64,000 bases of DNA from Phaeosaccion multiseriatum (GCA_965112735.1 OZ218953.1:558001-622000); one strand, 5' to 3'. Shown: positions 36,530 to 50,007, numbered from the stretch's first letter. Translations and numbers: made by a program. The notes: generated by a model not told the origin, from the sequence alone.

Positions 36530-39500
36530 TCACAGCTCGCCTCCCGCACCCGCCGTGGCGGCGGTCGGCTTCTTTTTCTTCTTCTTTTTCTTCTTCTTCT
36601 TTGGTGCTGCTGCCGCTGCCGCTGCTTCTTGTGCCTCTCTGACCAGTTCCTCCTCGAGGGCTCGCTTCGCCGCCTCCTCCTCCGCCCTGTCGCCACGGGG
36701 GGGCGGAAAAGTGGGGGGCATACTTGAAGTCAAGAGAGTGATGGGTGACACAACTCCGTACGACGGTCACAAGTGCCTCCTCCTGTACACACACAGTGTA
36801 GACCCGCTCACAAATGCCCCTCTAGTCTTTTTCTCTCTCTAGTCCCACTCACAAATCACCCTCCCTGTATGTTATACTATATTCACTCTGTCCAGACATA
36901 CTCACTCACTCACTCACTCACCTGATCTCAGCCATGAAGTCTCCCAGGTCGTCTTCATCCTCAACCACTTGCTCCCCTTCGGCCCCGCCCACCCCCTGTG
37001 AGCCAATGAAGGTGGCGCAGTCTACATCTGCCAGCGGAGGCATCTGGAACACCTGCTGCGTGCTGACCTGTGTGATGTGGATACAACGGATCAGGGGGAG
37101 GGGTTCAGTGTCCATCGGCGGATCAGAGGGAGGGGTTCAGTGTCCATCGGCGGATCAGAGGGAGGGGTTCAGTGTCCATCGGCACATCGAGTGACGAGCG
37201 TGGACGAGTGACAGCGGCGGCAAACAGAGGACTTGGTGGAGAGTGACCTTGTGCTGGGTGGGCAGTGACTTGTTGACTTGGTGACTCTTGAGATGGACCG
37301 TGGGCTGGAAGCGACTTCACTGGGGTGGACAGCGGGCTACCCAAGGATGAAGGGCAAGTTTCACCACTCTTCCCCCCTCCCTCCCTGCCTCCCTCCCTCC
37401 CTCCCTCCCTCCCTCCCTCACCTTTGCATCAACGACATCGGCCAAGAAAGTGGCAATGCTCTGAGGCTCAAAAGAGCCTACGAATTTTGCGTAGCGCTGT
37501 CGCTTCCCCGAAAACACAAACAGTCCCCCCGATTCCCCAATGCCAAAACCATCCGCAAAGGAGCGCTGACATGCTCCGTCGACCCAGTAGTAAGAAAGGG
37601 CCGCCAAAGGCGAGGCCCGAAACGACTCCGCCCCCTGCCGAAACTGCGCCAGATGAGTTTCCAGGGAGGTCAAGTCTGCTTGCGTAGTCAAGAGAATCCA
37701 TATATATACGCGCAAAGCACAAATCGAGAGCAGGCGGAGAGGGACAAGCGATCCGTTGAAACCGTCAGCATAGGGGGGGGGGGGGGTCGGAAACAAAGAG
37801 AGAAGCGCAGCAACAAAGAAAGAAGTATGCAGAGGTGAAGCAAGTAACCCAGAGACAGACGAAGACGACACGAAACTGTATCAGAGGCAAGCATCGTCGC
37901 TCATCATGGGAGGACAAGAGGCAGCAGCAGTAGGGACAGGCAAGAGCAAGCGCCATCACATCATTCACGACCATATGTGTACTGTCACCACCACCATCAT
38001 GTGCCATCCCAAGTGCGATACCTTCTCTGGACAGCACTGCTACGGCGCAAAGCTTGGACCCCGCGTCGCACTCGCTCGTCCATATGGCAGGAGTGAGCTC
38101 GGTCACCACCACTGGCTCTCTCGCCTCCTGAGCCAACGACGACGATGATGATGCTGAGCGGTGACCTGCTCCTCCTCCTCCTCCTCCTCCTCCTCCTCCT
38201 CCTCCCCATGCCGCCGCCTGCTCTATTCTGTGAGCGAACAACTCAGGCGCATACATCTTTCCTCACCAGGAGAAACAGTATGCACACGCCACAGCAGAAC
38301 AGACAGGACCAGCAAGCGAGAGATCGTCCATAGCGTGGAGGAGAGAGGACGTAAGGCAACGGCATGGTGGGGTCGACGAACGTGCTGCACGGGATGGTGC
38401 TACACATACATCCCTCTCTCTCTCCCTCCCTCCCTCCTTCCCACCCCCTTTACCCCCCCACCCACCCACCCAATGACATACTACACCCACCCACACACTG
38501 TCTTGGTGGTACCCACCCACCCATTGACATACTAGCCCCCATGCAGCCATGCCCGCACCTGCAGCTGCATGTCAATGAAGTTGGCGACGTTGAGGTTAGT
38601 GGGCTTTCCGTACATGTTAGGGCTGTACTTAATGGGCATCATGGGCACACCGTCTGCAGGGGCGGCGTCCGGCATTCCCCCTGTGAGTGTGTGGATGGAG
38701 AGCAGTTGGTGATATGGGACAAAGTTCAGAAGTAAGGAGGGGTTAGGGTTTGGCGGGTTGAATGGGGAAAGGGGGGCGCGGAGCGCAGGCAGGGAGGTGA
38801 AGGGAGTACAGGTCGGGGGCAGTAACAGCAGCAGCAGCAGCAGCAGTAGCAGTAGCAGCAGCAGCAGCAGCAGCAGCAAGAAGAAGAGGAGCAGCAGCAG
38901 CAGCCAGCCTCCCCTCCTACCTGCCGAGAGGACGAGGGTGATGGAGGGCGTGCCCATGACCCCCATGGATGCAAGGGCGTTCTTGGCGGGGTTGCTGACG
39001 AAGATGACACGCAAGTCAGGACTGTACTCCGTGGCGATGGACTGGGGAGGAGGGAGGGGGGGAGGGGTAAGAGGGACGGGGGTTGGTGTCGGTCGAGGGT
39101 TGGGTTGGGGAAGAGGGACGGGTTGGAGCTGGGAGGACCTCCGGACGTTGAGAGAGAGAAGGACGGAGAGACAGACGAGGAAGAAAAGGACCAGTGTACA
39201 CATATGTATACATACATTTATATACACACCTTGATCATGAGGGGTGGGTCTTCCTTCTTGCTCGCCACGACGAGGAACACTCCGGTGCCCTTGCTCATTG
39301 ACATACTGATGAGGTTGGAGAACACCTGGTGTCAAGAAAAAATGTCAGGGCAGTACCGAGTGTCAGGTAGAGAGAGAAGGGCGTCAGCGAGGTGAGTATC
39401 TGAGTACCGGGTGTCAGGTGGATGGGTGTGAGGGAGGTGCGTACGTAACATTACCTGTGCCGTGGCCTCTGCGGCCATCCCGCCCGCCGGCAGCTCGTCC

Positions 39501-39665
39501 ATGAGGCCGGAGGGGAGGGACTCCTCCGCCTCAGAGAGGGCGTCCTGCAGCTCGCTTGCGCTGCGGCAGTTGGTGATACAGTACGAGCAGCAGTTGGCGA
39601 TCAAACAAGAGCAGCAGTTGGCGATGCAAACGAGAGAGAGCAGTAGCAAACGAACAATGAGAACG

Positions 39666-39726
<61 letters not shown>

Positions 39727-42646
39727 GAGCGAGACAAGGCGTGAGATGAGGATGACATGAAATAACAACACCACAACAGGACATGCCGCTCAAGCAGCAG
39801 CCCTACCCACCTGAAGCTCGTGGGCACCTTCTTTCCGCTGCTGCTGCTGCTGCTGCTTCGGCTGCCATCCTCCCCCAGCGAGTGCGAGAACACATGAATC
39901 GCTCCCTTGCCGCCGCTCCGCACTGACGCGCACGCCTTGCCCACGACTCCCGTCGTCCCATCCGCTGCCATCCCCTCAGCTTCCCCCATAGAATTGCAGT
40001 CGAAGAGTCCCGCCCTGACTTGGCCGTGGTTGTCCGGTCCCAGGGGAGGCATCAGTTCGTCCCAGCCAGGCAGCTCTTGGCTCAGTGCGTCCAGCGATGA
40101 CACAAAGCCCACAACCCATGCTTCCTGCCGCCCGGAGTGGAGTGGAGTGGAGTGAAATGAGCCATGAGAAAGGGAGCGAGAAGAACAAAACAGGCCACAG
40201 GCATAGCGGCCAACGGCTCGTCTCTGTCGCGCTCACTGTACTTCTCTCTCATCTCCTTCTCTCATCTTGTACCCTCTCCCCCCCTGTCTCTTTGTCTGTC
40301 TCACCTTGCCGCCCTCCACAAGCTCGGAGTACATCTCCTCGGACAGCTGCAAGGCCCCTCCCCCATTACCCCTACCACTACCACTACCGCTGTCGCCGCC
40401 GTCGCTGCTGCTGCTGCTTCCGGAGGCGCGTGCTCCCCCTGCCCCGTCAGCCCCCCCCCCACTGGAGCCTCTCCTCTCCTTCCAGTAGGAAGACAGATGA
40501 GCCTTCTCGTATTCGAAGCCAGTGACCTTCTCCACGAAGGAAAGCACCGCTTGGAGGTCCTTCACATCGCCCTCAAACAGGACGCCCCCTCCCTCCTCCC
40601 CCTTCTTCTTGTGCCCTCCGGTGGTGGGCATGAGGAGCAGGGCGGGTGGCTCCTTACCCTCTGGTAGGAGCAAGTCTCGCAACGTGCCCTCTCTCCCCTC
40701 CTCCTCGTCCTCGTCGTCGTCGCCCTCGCCGCCAACCCCCTCGGGAACATAGGCCTCCAGCACCTCGACGCCACCGGAGAGGGCGTAGGCGATGGCCTAC
40801 AGGAAAGGGACACAGAGAGAGAGAGAGAGACCCAATGTCAATGTCGCACAGGGCAAGAGCAGGACCCCAGGCAGAGGCAAGATGGGCACGTGGTTTGAGA
40901 CGAGACTTGAGGTTGGAAAGGAAGCTGGTAACGGACTCAAGCACCTTCTCCTCGCTCCCTTCCCTTGCTTTATTCTCGACTCTACCACACAAAATGATAG
41001 CTAGCTCTCTCCCGTTCGATGCCTGGGTGAGTGAGCGCTGAGCGAGAGCCCTGCATTGGCAATGCTTCCATACTCCATAGGGGGTCCCTCTCATAACAAG
41101 TTGGTTTCTCATCCTATCGGACAACACGCGCCCACACCTCCACGCATCCATGTGCCTCCACTCACTTTGGCCATGTTTGAAGTCCTCTTCCTCGCGCTCA
41201 CCAGCACCGCCACATACCCTACCTTCCCCCCCCCCTCTCCCTCCGCCGCTGCCCGGAGGGCTTCTGTGTACTCTTCGAGGCCGCTGACCCTGTGCACTTT
41301 CCCCTGTCCCTGCTGCCCCTTGCCGTCCCCTGCCGCTCGCACGTCCTTGTCCATCTGCTTGAAGAGAGTCTTTTCCATCGTCGCCGCGGAAGGGTTCATC
41401 ATGTCCAGGTCTTGACTGAGACAGACACACACACACACACACACATGGACAGAGAGAGAACGTCAAATGTGTGCATGTGGGTGAGTGAGTGTTCGTGATT
41501 GTGTGTGGGGGGGGTGTGGGCGTGTGTGTGAGAGAGAGATGCAACGAGATGTGAGCACCAGCGCGACACCCCAAACTCATCCCCCCAAACTGACCTGTTT
41601 CTCATAGGCCTCTTGGCGTAGGGGTTGGGCGTGGTGTCTCCTGTGTACATCCTGATGGTGGGCATGCTGAGCTGAAGCTCCTTCAGCAGCTTCATGGCGC
41701 TCCTGTCTCCGGCGGCGGCCTTGTGCATGTGTAAGTCGACGGTGGCCACTTTGAGTCCGTACTTTGACACGCTGGACGCCAGCTTGGAAACCTTCGCGAG
41801 CCAATTGGAAGCACCGAAGAGAGAGGTACAAGGACGGGAGGAGGAAGAGATGCGAGGGGGTGAGAGGCAGCCGAGGGGGGAGACTGAGGTACCACTTCAT
41901 CACGAGGCCCTTGCACTCTCTCGTGAAGTGCGTATCAAAGCCGGGACGGGGGAGGGAGGAAGTGGGGGTTGGGAGCGACTAAAAGGACATACCTCTGCGC
42001 CGAAGGCGGTGCAGGGCTCGCAACCCTCGTTGGAGTGGTAATACACCACACAGGGGCTGGTGGACGAGTAGATGAACGTGTCGAGAGCTGCCACATCAGG
42101 CAGCACCACGAGGTCGGCGGAGGGAGAAAAGGTCCAAGAAGGAGACTCTGATGCCTTCCCATCCTTCTTGCCGTCGACAGCCTCCTCCTTCTCGCCGGTG
42201 TGCGATACCTCCTCCTTGGCTTCAGCACCGGCGCCATGGGCTGTTTCCGGCTCCTTTGTGTCCACTGCTGCTGCTGTGCCTCCTTCTGAGCCACCCTTCG
42301 CCGAAGCAGCCTTCGCAGAGGCCGCCTCCGCAGCCACAGCTGTAGCGTTTGCAGAGGCAGAAGCTGCCTTGGCAGCCGCCTCCGCTGCCGCAGCTGCGGC
42401 CTTCAGCGAGGCGGCCTTCGCTGCAGCTGCAGCTGCCTCGGCGCTTGCCTGAGCCTCTGCGGCGGCCGCGATCAGCGCATCGGCACTCGCCTGAGCCGCA
42501 GCAGCTTCGGCTTCGGCTTGCACCGCAGCAGCGCTTTCTGCATTGGAAGAGGTACCTTCTGCAGTGCTATCCGCGGATATTGAGTATGCGATCAACACCA
42601 ATATCTGGAGCAGGACAAGAAGCTTTCTCTTCATCCGTGACTCCAT
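36530..42646 (-). CDS. Secreted/ER multi-thioredoxin-fold (PDI-like) protein
   Basis: Signal peptide (LLVLLQILVLIAYSISA), a CEPC motif in the first Trx-like domain, and further degenerate Trx folds (EAWVVGF, AGLFDC, YYWVDGACQRSFADGFGI). PDIA6-like end, then poly-K and terminal GGEL. Only some internal junctions were checked (e.g. 42646-41993, start 41791, last exon ~36687-36530). Confidence 0.7.
37087..37182. repeat. Intronic minisatellite, 3 x 32 bp
   Basis: Unit CGGATCAG(G/A)GGGAGGGGTTCAGTGTCCATCGG occurs head-to-tail three times. Confidence 0.95.
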
Positions 42647-42896
42647 CTTGCTTCACAACTTCCAAAGGGCCAAAACACCCTTCTGCTGGTCCTGTTATTG
42701 AGCTCCGAAGCCTCGCATATCACCCTCTATTCCTCTCTTTTTCCTTTTTGATTTCCTCACTGCCAGTTGGCATGCCCATATGCCTGAATGCCTGATAGAT
42801 CATAGAGGCATAACGGCCATTACGGCATCGCTTTGATATCCGTCTTTTGAACGAGAAATCTCGCGGGAGGAAAACACCTGAGTGGATCTCTAAAAG

Positions 42897-44026
42897 ATGG
42901 CGGACGCCGGGGAAGGGAAGGCCTTGAGTGCGAAGGAGAGCGAGCTATACGATAGGCAGATCCGATTATGGGGGGTGGAGGCGCAGAAGAGGATGAGCGC
43001 GAGCAAGGTGAGGGTGGAGAGAGGGACGGAGAGGGAGGGGTGAGAGAGCGAGGGCTTGCCTAAACCCCTGTCTCTCCGGGTTCATGCACAGGTTTGCGTG
43101 AGTTGAGAGGAAGTACGAAGGGGGTGGAGAAGGACATGAAGCAGTTTGTGCGTGAAACAGACCGATTTCTCTTATTTTTGTTTCCTTTGATGGGCTTGAC
43201 TCTGCGCCACGCAGAGTACCTGCGCGTCCCTTCTGATTGACTCCGCCTCTTCTCTCTCCTTCATTTGCCTTTGTGCTGCATCTTTCGTGGCCCAGGTGTT
43301 GTTTGCAGGCATAAGAGGTGTGGCAGCCGAGACTGCCAAAAACGTCGTATTAGCAGGTTTGTGCCACCAAAGCGGGGGGGAGAGCGGGAATCGACTGTCC
43401 CTATACCAGTGAATGTGCCAGCCCTCTTGCAACCACAAGCTGAGAGCGTGGTTCTCCCCCCTCCGTCCCTCCCGTCCCTATGGCTACGCAGGCATCAATG
43501 TAACTGTGCAAGATGGAGGGGAGGTGACCGAAGAGGACTTGGGCGCCAACTTCTTCCTCAGCCACGCGGACGTTGGCAAAAACGTACGTTGGCGCCTAGC
43601 GCAGCCAGCACCTCCTGGGTCGTGTGTTTTGAGCTTCCAATGGGGCGTGTGACGAATATGTCAACGCGTTTGTGCTGCTGCTGCCGCTGCTGTAGTCCCC
43701 TACTCGGTTCTTGGCTGCTGTCTACTCCGAGTCTCCCCCAAACCGCTTCGCTTGGAACGTCTGCTTCGGACTGAACGCATGTCAATCTTTCCCTCTCCCC
43801 GTCCCTCCCCGTCCCCCCCCCCTCCCGCGGCCCACCTCTCAGCGAGCAGAGGCGACGCTTCCCCGGCTCCAGGAGCTGAACAAGCTGGCCGACGTGGGCT
43901 GCTGCAGCACCCCCCTGGACCAGCTGGACGAGGCTTTCATCGGGCAGTTCGGCATCGTGTGCATGCAAGGAGCGCCCATGGTGCAGCAGGTGGGTCTCTC
44001 TCTCTCCCTCTCTCTCTCTCTCTCCC

Positions 44027-44074
<48 letters not shown>

Positions 44075-46244
44075 CTTTCTCGCTTTCTCTGTCTCTCGCC
44101 TCTCTCTCTCCCCTCTCTCACCTCACTCACTCACCGAATGACACAGAGAGGGGGGGGGGGGGAGTGGAAGGGAGGCTAGCGGAGACCGCCAGGATGAACC
44201 CCCGTTTCTGGCCCTCCCTCCCTCCTTGAGGCGATGGGTTGGTGCGTTCAGCTCCCCTTCAAGACCAACTTAACACTACTACTCCTCTCTCCCTCTGCCG
44301 CGCCTTGTACTGTGTGAAGCTGAGGCTGAACAGAATCTGTAGAGCGAAGGGCATCGCGTTCTACACTGTAGACTCCCAGGGGTATTCTGGATATATATTC
44401 CAAGATCTAGGCGAAAAGTGAGTGCCCTTTTGTCTTTTTGCATCCGAATGGAGATAGATAGAGCGTTATATGGGTTACGTGCCTGGTCCGTTGCCCACTT
44501 CCTCCTTTGACGTTTTCTACAATCTCGAGGGGCACCCATCCATATATTTGTCTTTCTATCCCTTTCTGCTCGAGGTGGCCTGCCCCCACCCACGCTAACC
44601 CCAACCCTCTCCCCCTCTCCCCCTCCACACCCTCCGCAGACACACGTATCGGAAGGAAGTGGGCGTAACGGCGCTGAGTGACCCCATCACCGTGTGCTAT
44701 CCTTCCCTCCAGGAGACACAGGCCGCAAAGTGGGGCAGGTGAGGAGGACAACTCTGGTGTGTTGATGTATTCAAAGGGAGCAGACCTACTACCAGACCGA
44801 GTGAGAGCTAGTGCGAGCGAGAGAGAGAGATAGAGATAGAGAGAGAGCGCGCGTGGGAGAGCGAGAGAGAGAGGGGGGGGGGGGAGAGACAGAAGGGGAG
44901 AGAGAGTGAGAGAGCCCCAGGCAGAGGAAGTATGGTCCTCACCCCCGGCTTGGAATGAACCGCTCACCACTCACCCTCCCTTCCTCCTCTGGCAACCCTC
45001 CTTCACCACCACCCACTACGTCCCTCCGTATCGACCCTTTCTTCCCTCCCTCCCTTCCCTTCCGATAAGCCTTCGGAGTCGCTGGGGTCCCGCGCCCAAG
45101 ACGTTCTTGCTGCAGCAGCTGCTCTGGCGTTTTGAGAGCGAGCACGGCCGGCCCCTACAGCCAACGGACGAGGACCAGTAAGTCATGAAATCAAAGGAAG
45201 GAAGGAAGGAAGGAAGGAAGGAAGGAAGGAAGCAAGGAAGGAAGGAAGGAAGGCGCGTCTCTTGGTCAGAAGAGGCTCAGGCGTGCAGTGCAGTTGTTCT
45301 CCTCTTCTCGTCTCAGCCCCCCACTCTCTTTCTCGCGTCCGCCCCCCCCCTCTGCCCCCCCCTTTCCCCTCCCTGCCCGCCCCTGTACCCCCTTAAGAGC
45401 GCTGCTCTGTGCGGTGGCAGCGGCAGCTCAGAAGGAGCAGGAGGTAAAGGACGAGGACTACGTCACACAGGCCGATCTACAGCACTTGCTGCAGGTAAGG
45501 TGCGAAGGAAGGAAGGAAGGAAGGAAGGCAGCCCATGTGCACTCGAGAGGGAGGGAGGGAGGGACGGATGCAGACTCCTCTCTCTGTCTTCTCCGTGTCC
45601 TTTAAGCCCCCTGTGTCCACATCTGTCATACGTCTATCCGTACACGGGAGTGACCCTTTTCCGGACGAGACACACTCAGGAGGTGTGGCACCTTGTTAAT
45701 CCCTCTCTCGGATCGTTCGCCGATCGGTCTTCGACCGTCCCTCCTTCCTCAGGTGGCCAACGCGGAAGTGTCGGCGGTGTGCGCTGTTCTCGGGGGCATT
45801 CTTGGGCAGGAGCTACTCAAGTACATTACTCGAAAGGTGCGGGGGGGAGGGAGAGAGGAAGAGGGAGGGGAGGGGGGGGGCTGCTTGGCATGCACGATTG
45901 GACGTGTCTTTCTGTTGTTGCTCAGCTACAGAGCTGAGTCCTTTCTTTTGTTACTGTCAGACTGTCTTTGTGGTGTGGCAAAGCTCTGAATGATTGGGCA
46001 GATGCACGTATTCTCTTCCCCTTCTACGCGTTTATGGAATGAGTATACACTTGTATCCCCTACCGCTCTGACTCTGCTGCTGCTGTGCGCTGCTCTGCTC
46101 TAACTCTGCTGCTCTCTACTATGCTATTCCGACTCCGCTGCTGTACTCTTGCAGGGGGAGCCCGCTGTGAACGTGTTCTTGCTTGCAGGCCAGGGCTTAG
46201 AAGGAACCGCCATACGTGTACCGCTGCCCCCAAGGAAGAAATGA
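42897..46244 (+). CDS. SAE1: SUMO-activating enzyme subunit 1 (ThiF-family E1)
   Basis: 10 exons: 42897-43007, 43296-43356, 43492-43583, 43843-43989, 44320-44417, 44640-44738, 45070-45177, 45398-45494, 45753-45836, 46155-46244. Motifs LYDRQIRLWGVEAQ, AETAKNVVLAGI, GANFFL...GKNRAEA...LQELN, GYIFQDLG, VCAVLGGILGQELLK. Confidence 0.92.
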
Positions 46245-47014
46245 GCAGACAGCTTGGAGCCCAGCTTGACCCGCAGATTGCATACTTTCCCTCCTCCACA
46301 CTCTCCTTCCTTCCTGCCTGCCTGCCTGCCTGCTTTCCTTCTTTCCTGCCAGTTACTTGACCCCCACTAGTATCGCCGCTGCCGCATGGTTTGCCCGTGA
46401 CTAGTGTCGACGATGACCCGCCCGTGTTGGAGCTCTTGAACGGCCCTCTTCGACGATGTGGGGGGGGGGGTGCACATAGGACTCTGAAGTTGCAGTTATC
46501 CATGCTGCGGCTGCGTTGAAAGCTGTAGTTATCCAGGGTCTAACACTCACTGCGCGGAGTTAGTTTGCGTGTGTGGGTGTGGGTGAGTGCGTGCGTGGGC
46601 ATTTATCAACTTAACGCCGTGAGGGAGGGTTTCCAGAGTGGAGACATTGTCAACCCAGGGGACCAAGAGCGTGTCCGCCTCACCACCTTCGCCATGAGAC
46701 TCACGGACGACCGGCGGCCGATAGCATGCTGTCGGGCCCTTGGGGCCCGATAGCATGCTATCGAGAATGTGGGCGATAGCACGCCCTCGCCGAGCACGTC
46801 GTCTCCAGCACGGATATCACGTACACTTTCAGTTTCTTAGGTGATTCCTATTAAGTCAATAAATGCTTCTCACCCAGGGGGGCCACGTATGCACCCCAAA
46901 TGCTTCAATGCTCTGCCTCCAAGTTGGCCTCTCTACTCCACGACAAGTCCTTGCAAGAGCCGAGGAAAAGAGCACAGACCGGAGACGCGTAGCAGAGTAG
47001 CTGGGCCAAGAAAT

Positions 47015-48682
47015 ATGAGGGTGACGGCAGCAAGCGCTGCGGTGGGGGTGTGTGGGGTGTTGGCTGCGACAGCATCATGTGGGAGCTGCTTCAGTGTGGG
47101 GCCCATCCGTGCGTCCGGCTTAGCACGTGTGGCGGCTCGACCAACGCACAAGAGGTCCGTGAAAGTCCTAACTCTTGTGTGTCGTCCTGGTTAACTCATG
47201 AAGCCCTTCCCCCCAACCCCCTCCTGGTATGTGGGCCTCGCTTCATCCCTCACGCCAATCCTCCTGCTATGTGCTGTATCGAGGACTGCTGTGTTCACTG
47301 ACAACACTTGCACCCCCCTCAATATGGTCTACTGCTACCCTTAAGGTCCCTCAAAGAATTGTAGCCCTTCCCTCCCTCTTGTTCACTCATTTCCATGTCT
47401 CATATTTCATGTTCACTCGCTCCTCTCCCACGATTTCTCGGACGGACAGCCGCGTGGTAATGATGAGCGAGGCAGCACCAGCAGACGCAGCCCCAGCAGT
47501 AGCGGAGGAACCAGTAGTTGATGAAAAGGAGATGTCAGCAAGCATGCCAGTGGAGACGTCAGCCGATCTACCTAGCGACGTGGGGATTGACTACGTCCCG
47601 TTGGCGACTATGCTGGCGTGCGGGGATTACAAGGGAGCGGACCAGTTCACTAGAGATACGCTCATCAAGGCAGCGGGAGAAGGTAAGGGACTCAGGCAGA
47701 CATACAGGGGGAGGGGGGAGAACAAAGCCAGGGGTGTGTCTCACGAGGCTGGAAATAGCACCCTTGAGCATGTAACGATTGTCCGTCTTTTGTTGACTGC
47801 CTCAGTGCCGTGTCAGGGACTGTTGTCCTCTACCAACCGGACCGCGTGTGCTGCGGCTGCTGCTAATCCCTCCCCCTCTCCTCCTTTGCTTGGCACACCC
47901 TCCCTCCCTTCACCCCCCCCTCAGGTAGCCAAAAACGAGGGTTCGTATACTGGACAGATGTGCAGAGAATTCCCAACGTGGACATGCTGACGATGGAGAA
48001 GCTTTGGCTCAAGTACAGCAAGGGCAAGTTCGGCTACTCCAAGCAGAAGGAGGCGTGGAGGCGGTCCAAGGGCGACTTCGAGACGTTCTGCAGGTGTGTG
48101 TGTGCGTGTGTGTGTGTGTGTATGTGCATGTGTGTTTTCTTACATCAGAGTGGCAGCAAGAATAGGTTCCATTGAGGGAGGGAGGCATAGAGGGAGTGGT
48201 TTCGATGAGTTGGGGGACGGAGGCTCGCTCGTTCCTCATCGGCTCCTTCTCTCACCCCGCCTTACCCTCCTCCTCCTTCTCTTCCTCCTCCTCCTCCTCC
48301 TCCTCCTCCCTCCTCCCTCCTCCCCCCTCCTCTCCCCTCCTCCTCCTCCTCCTCCTCCTCCCCCTCATCCTCCTCCTCCTCCTCCTCCTCCTCCTCCTCC
48401 TCCTCCTCCTCCCACCTTTTGACTGTCCCCCCCCCCCCCCCCACTAGGCGCATCGGCTGGAACACGCAGGACGGAGAGGTGGAGCGAAAGCTTCGGTGGT
48501 TCGGAGCAAGCGAGTTTATTTACGACGTAGACAAGGCCCCTGTAGGGCACCTACCCCTCACCAGCGCTCTCCGTGGCACCACGCTCATCAAGTCGCTGCT
48601 GTCCCACGCCGTGTGGGACTCCGACGAATGGGCAGTCATGGAGCAGGCTGAAAAGAAGAGGGCGGAGGCAGCGGCCAAGTAG
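47015..48682 (+). CDS. GUN4: Plastid-targeted GUN4-domain tetrapyrrole-binding protein
   Basis: Exons 47015-47154, 47450-47682, 47925-48093, 48448-48682. Motifs GIDYVPL..ML..GDYKGADQFTR, LWLKYSKGKFGYSKQ, APVGHLPLTSALRG. Signal peptide followed by Phe (GSC-FSV) and a basic transit-like region. Confidence 0.93.
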
Positions 48683-50007
48683 AGAGAGAGAGAGAGCACG
48701 AATAGGCGGGAAGAGGGGGGTAGGTGGGCGGCAGGGGAGCGGATGGGGGAGCCGGGTATGTGGCGGGCACTCCATGCACCCAACGTTTTTGACACTAATA
48801 GTAGTACATTAGAGTGCCCTTGTCAAATGTGAGGTCTACACGGCTTGTATTGCATTGCATCGGATCGGATCGGTGGGAGAAGTATCCGGAGTCGGTGGGC
48901 ACCTGGCACAGCCATGAGTGGAGAAAGGAGAAGAAGGAGAGAGAGAGAGAGCCTCTGAGGCTCTGACGAGGAGGCGATGGGCAGAGGGTGTGAGTGTGTG
49001 TGTGTGTGGGTGAGTGGAGGGGGGGGGGGGGGGAGACCGGGTGTTGTGTGCGTTGCTTCGAGGCCTCTGTTGGTTGTTTGGGGGCGTGTGCCTTCTCAGC
49101 TGGGCAGGAGCAAAGCGGCAAGACCAGTGGACCACGCTTATTGCGATGAGACGCGACGAGATGTGGGCGGCCATACGACCAGCACGACTCAGTGAAGGCC
49201 CAAGACGACTCAGCTGAGACCCAAGGCGAATCAGTTAAGACCCAAGACGACTGCTCAAGGTATTGAGATGAGAGGACGTGCGGGCGGCGGCCTTGTCGGT
49301 CTCTGTCTGTGGTGTGTGGTGCACAAGGGAGAGGGTTGAAGATAAGAGGGCGTTCTGCTATGCACGCACTTGGTTGGGTCTGGAAGTGGGTGGGTGGGTG
49401 GGCTGGCTCTGGCATAGATAGAAGAGCGATTAATATTATATGATAGTAATACCGGAAGGGAATAGGATAATTCATTCAAGGCCCGAGAGCGGGGAGCATC
49501 TAAGGTTGGTGCTCCGACCACTCTGGCTGGTCCCGGACGGAGATCTGTGGCTGTAACGGTACGAGGGGGGCGCAATTACTCATCCCAGTTTTAGTTTAGG
49601 GGGAAACCTCCCACTCCAACTATTTCGTGGTCCCATCTGCTGCCGTCCATCCCTCCCTCTCCCTCCCCCCCCCCCCCTCTCTCTCTATCCCCCTTCTCGA
49701 ACCCTCGCATCCCTCTCTCTGTTTGTGTGTCAGTCTCGACACCCCACCCTTCTTCGCCTTTGGCTTCGCCTTGCGTCTCTATACCTACGCTTCGCTGCCT
49801 ACCCTGCCGCCCATCAGAAGGAGAGTGGCAAGGAGACAGAAGGGTGGCAAGGAGAGCCCTGCTGGTGCCTGGGGAAAGGGTTCCAACGCCTCATTGTCGG
49901 CGACACAGACTGGGCCTTTTTGGGTGGGCGAGGGAGGGCCTGGGCAGCAAGTGCTGCCCCAGCCCAGCATCCTCAGCATCCACCCGTCAGAGTGTCCCTT
50001 CTCAGCC

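Noticed and set aside
46547-46756. Short minus-strand ORF with a protein-like stretch
   Set aside because: No recognisable domain or supportable exon chain, and it overlaps the palindrome.
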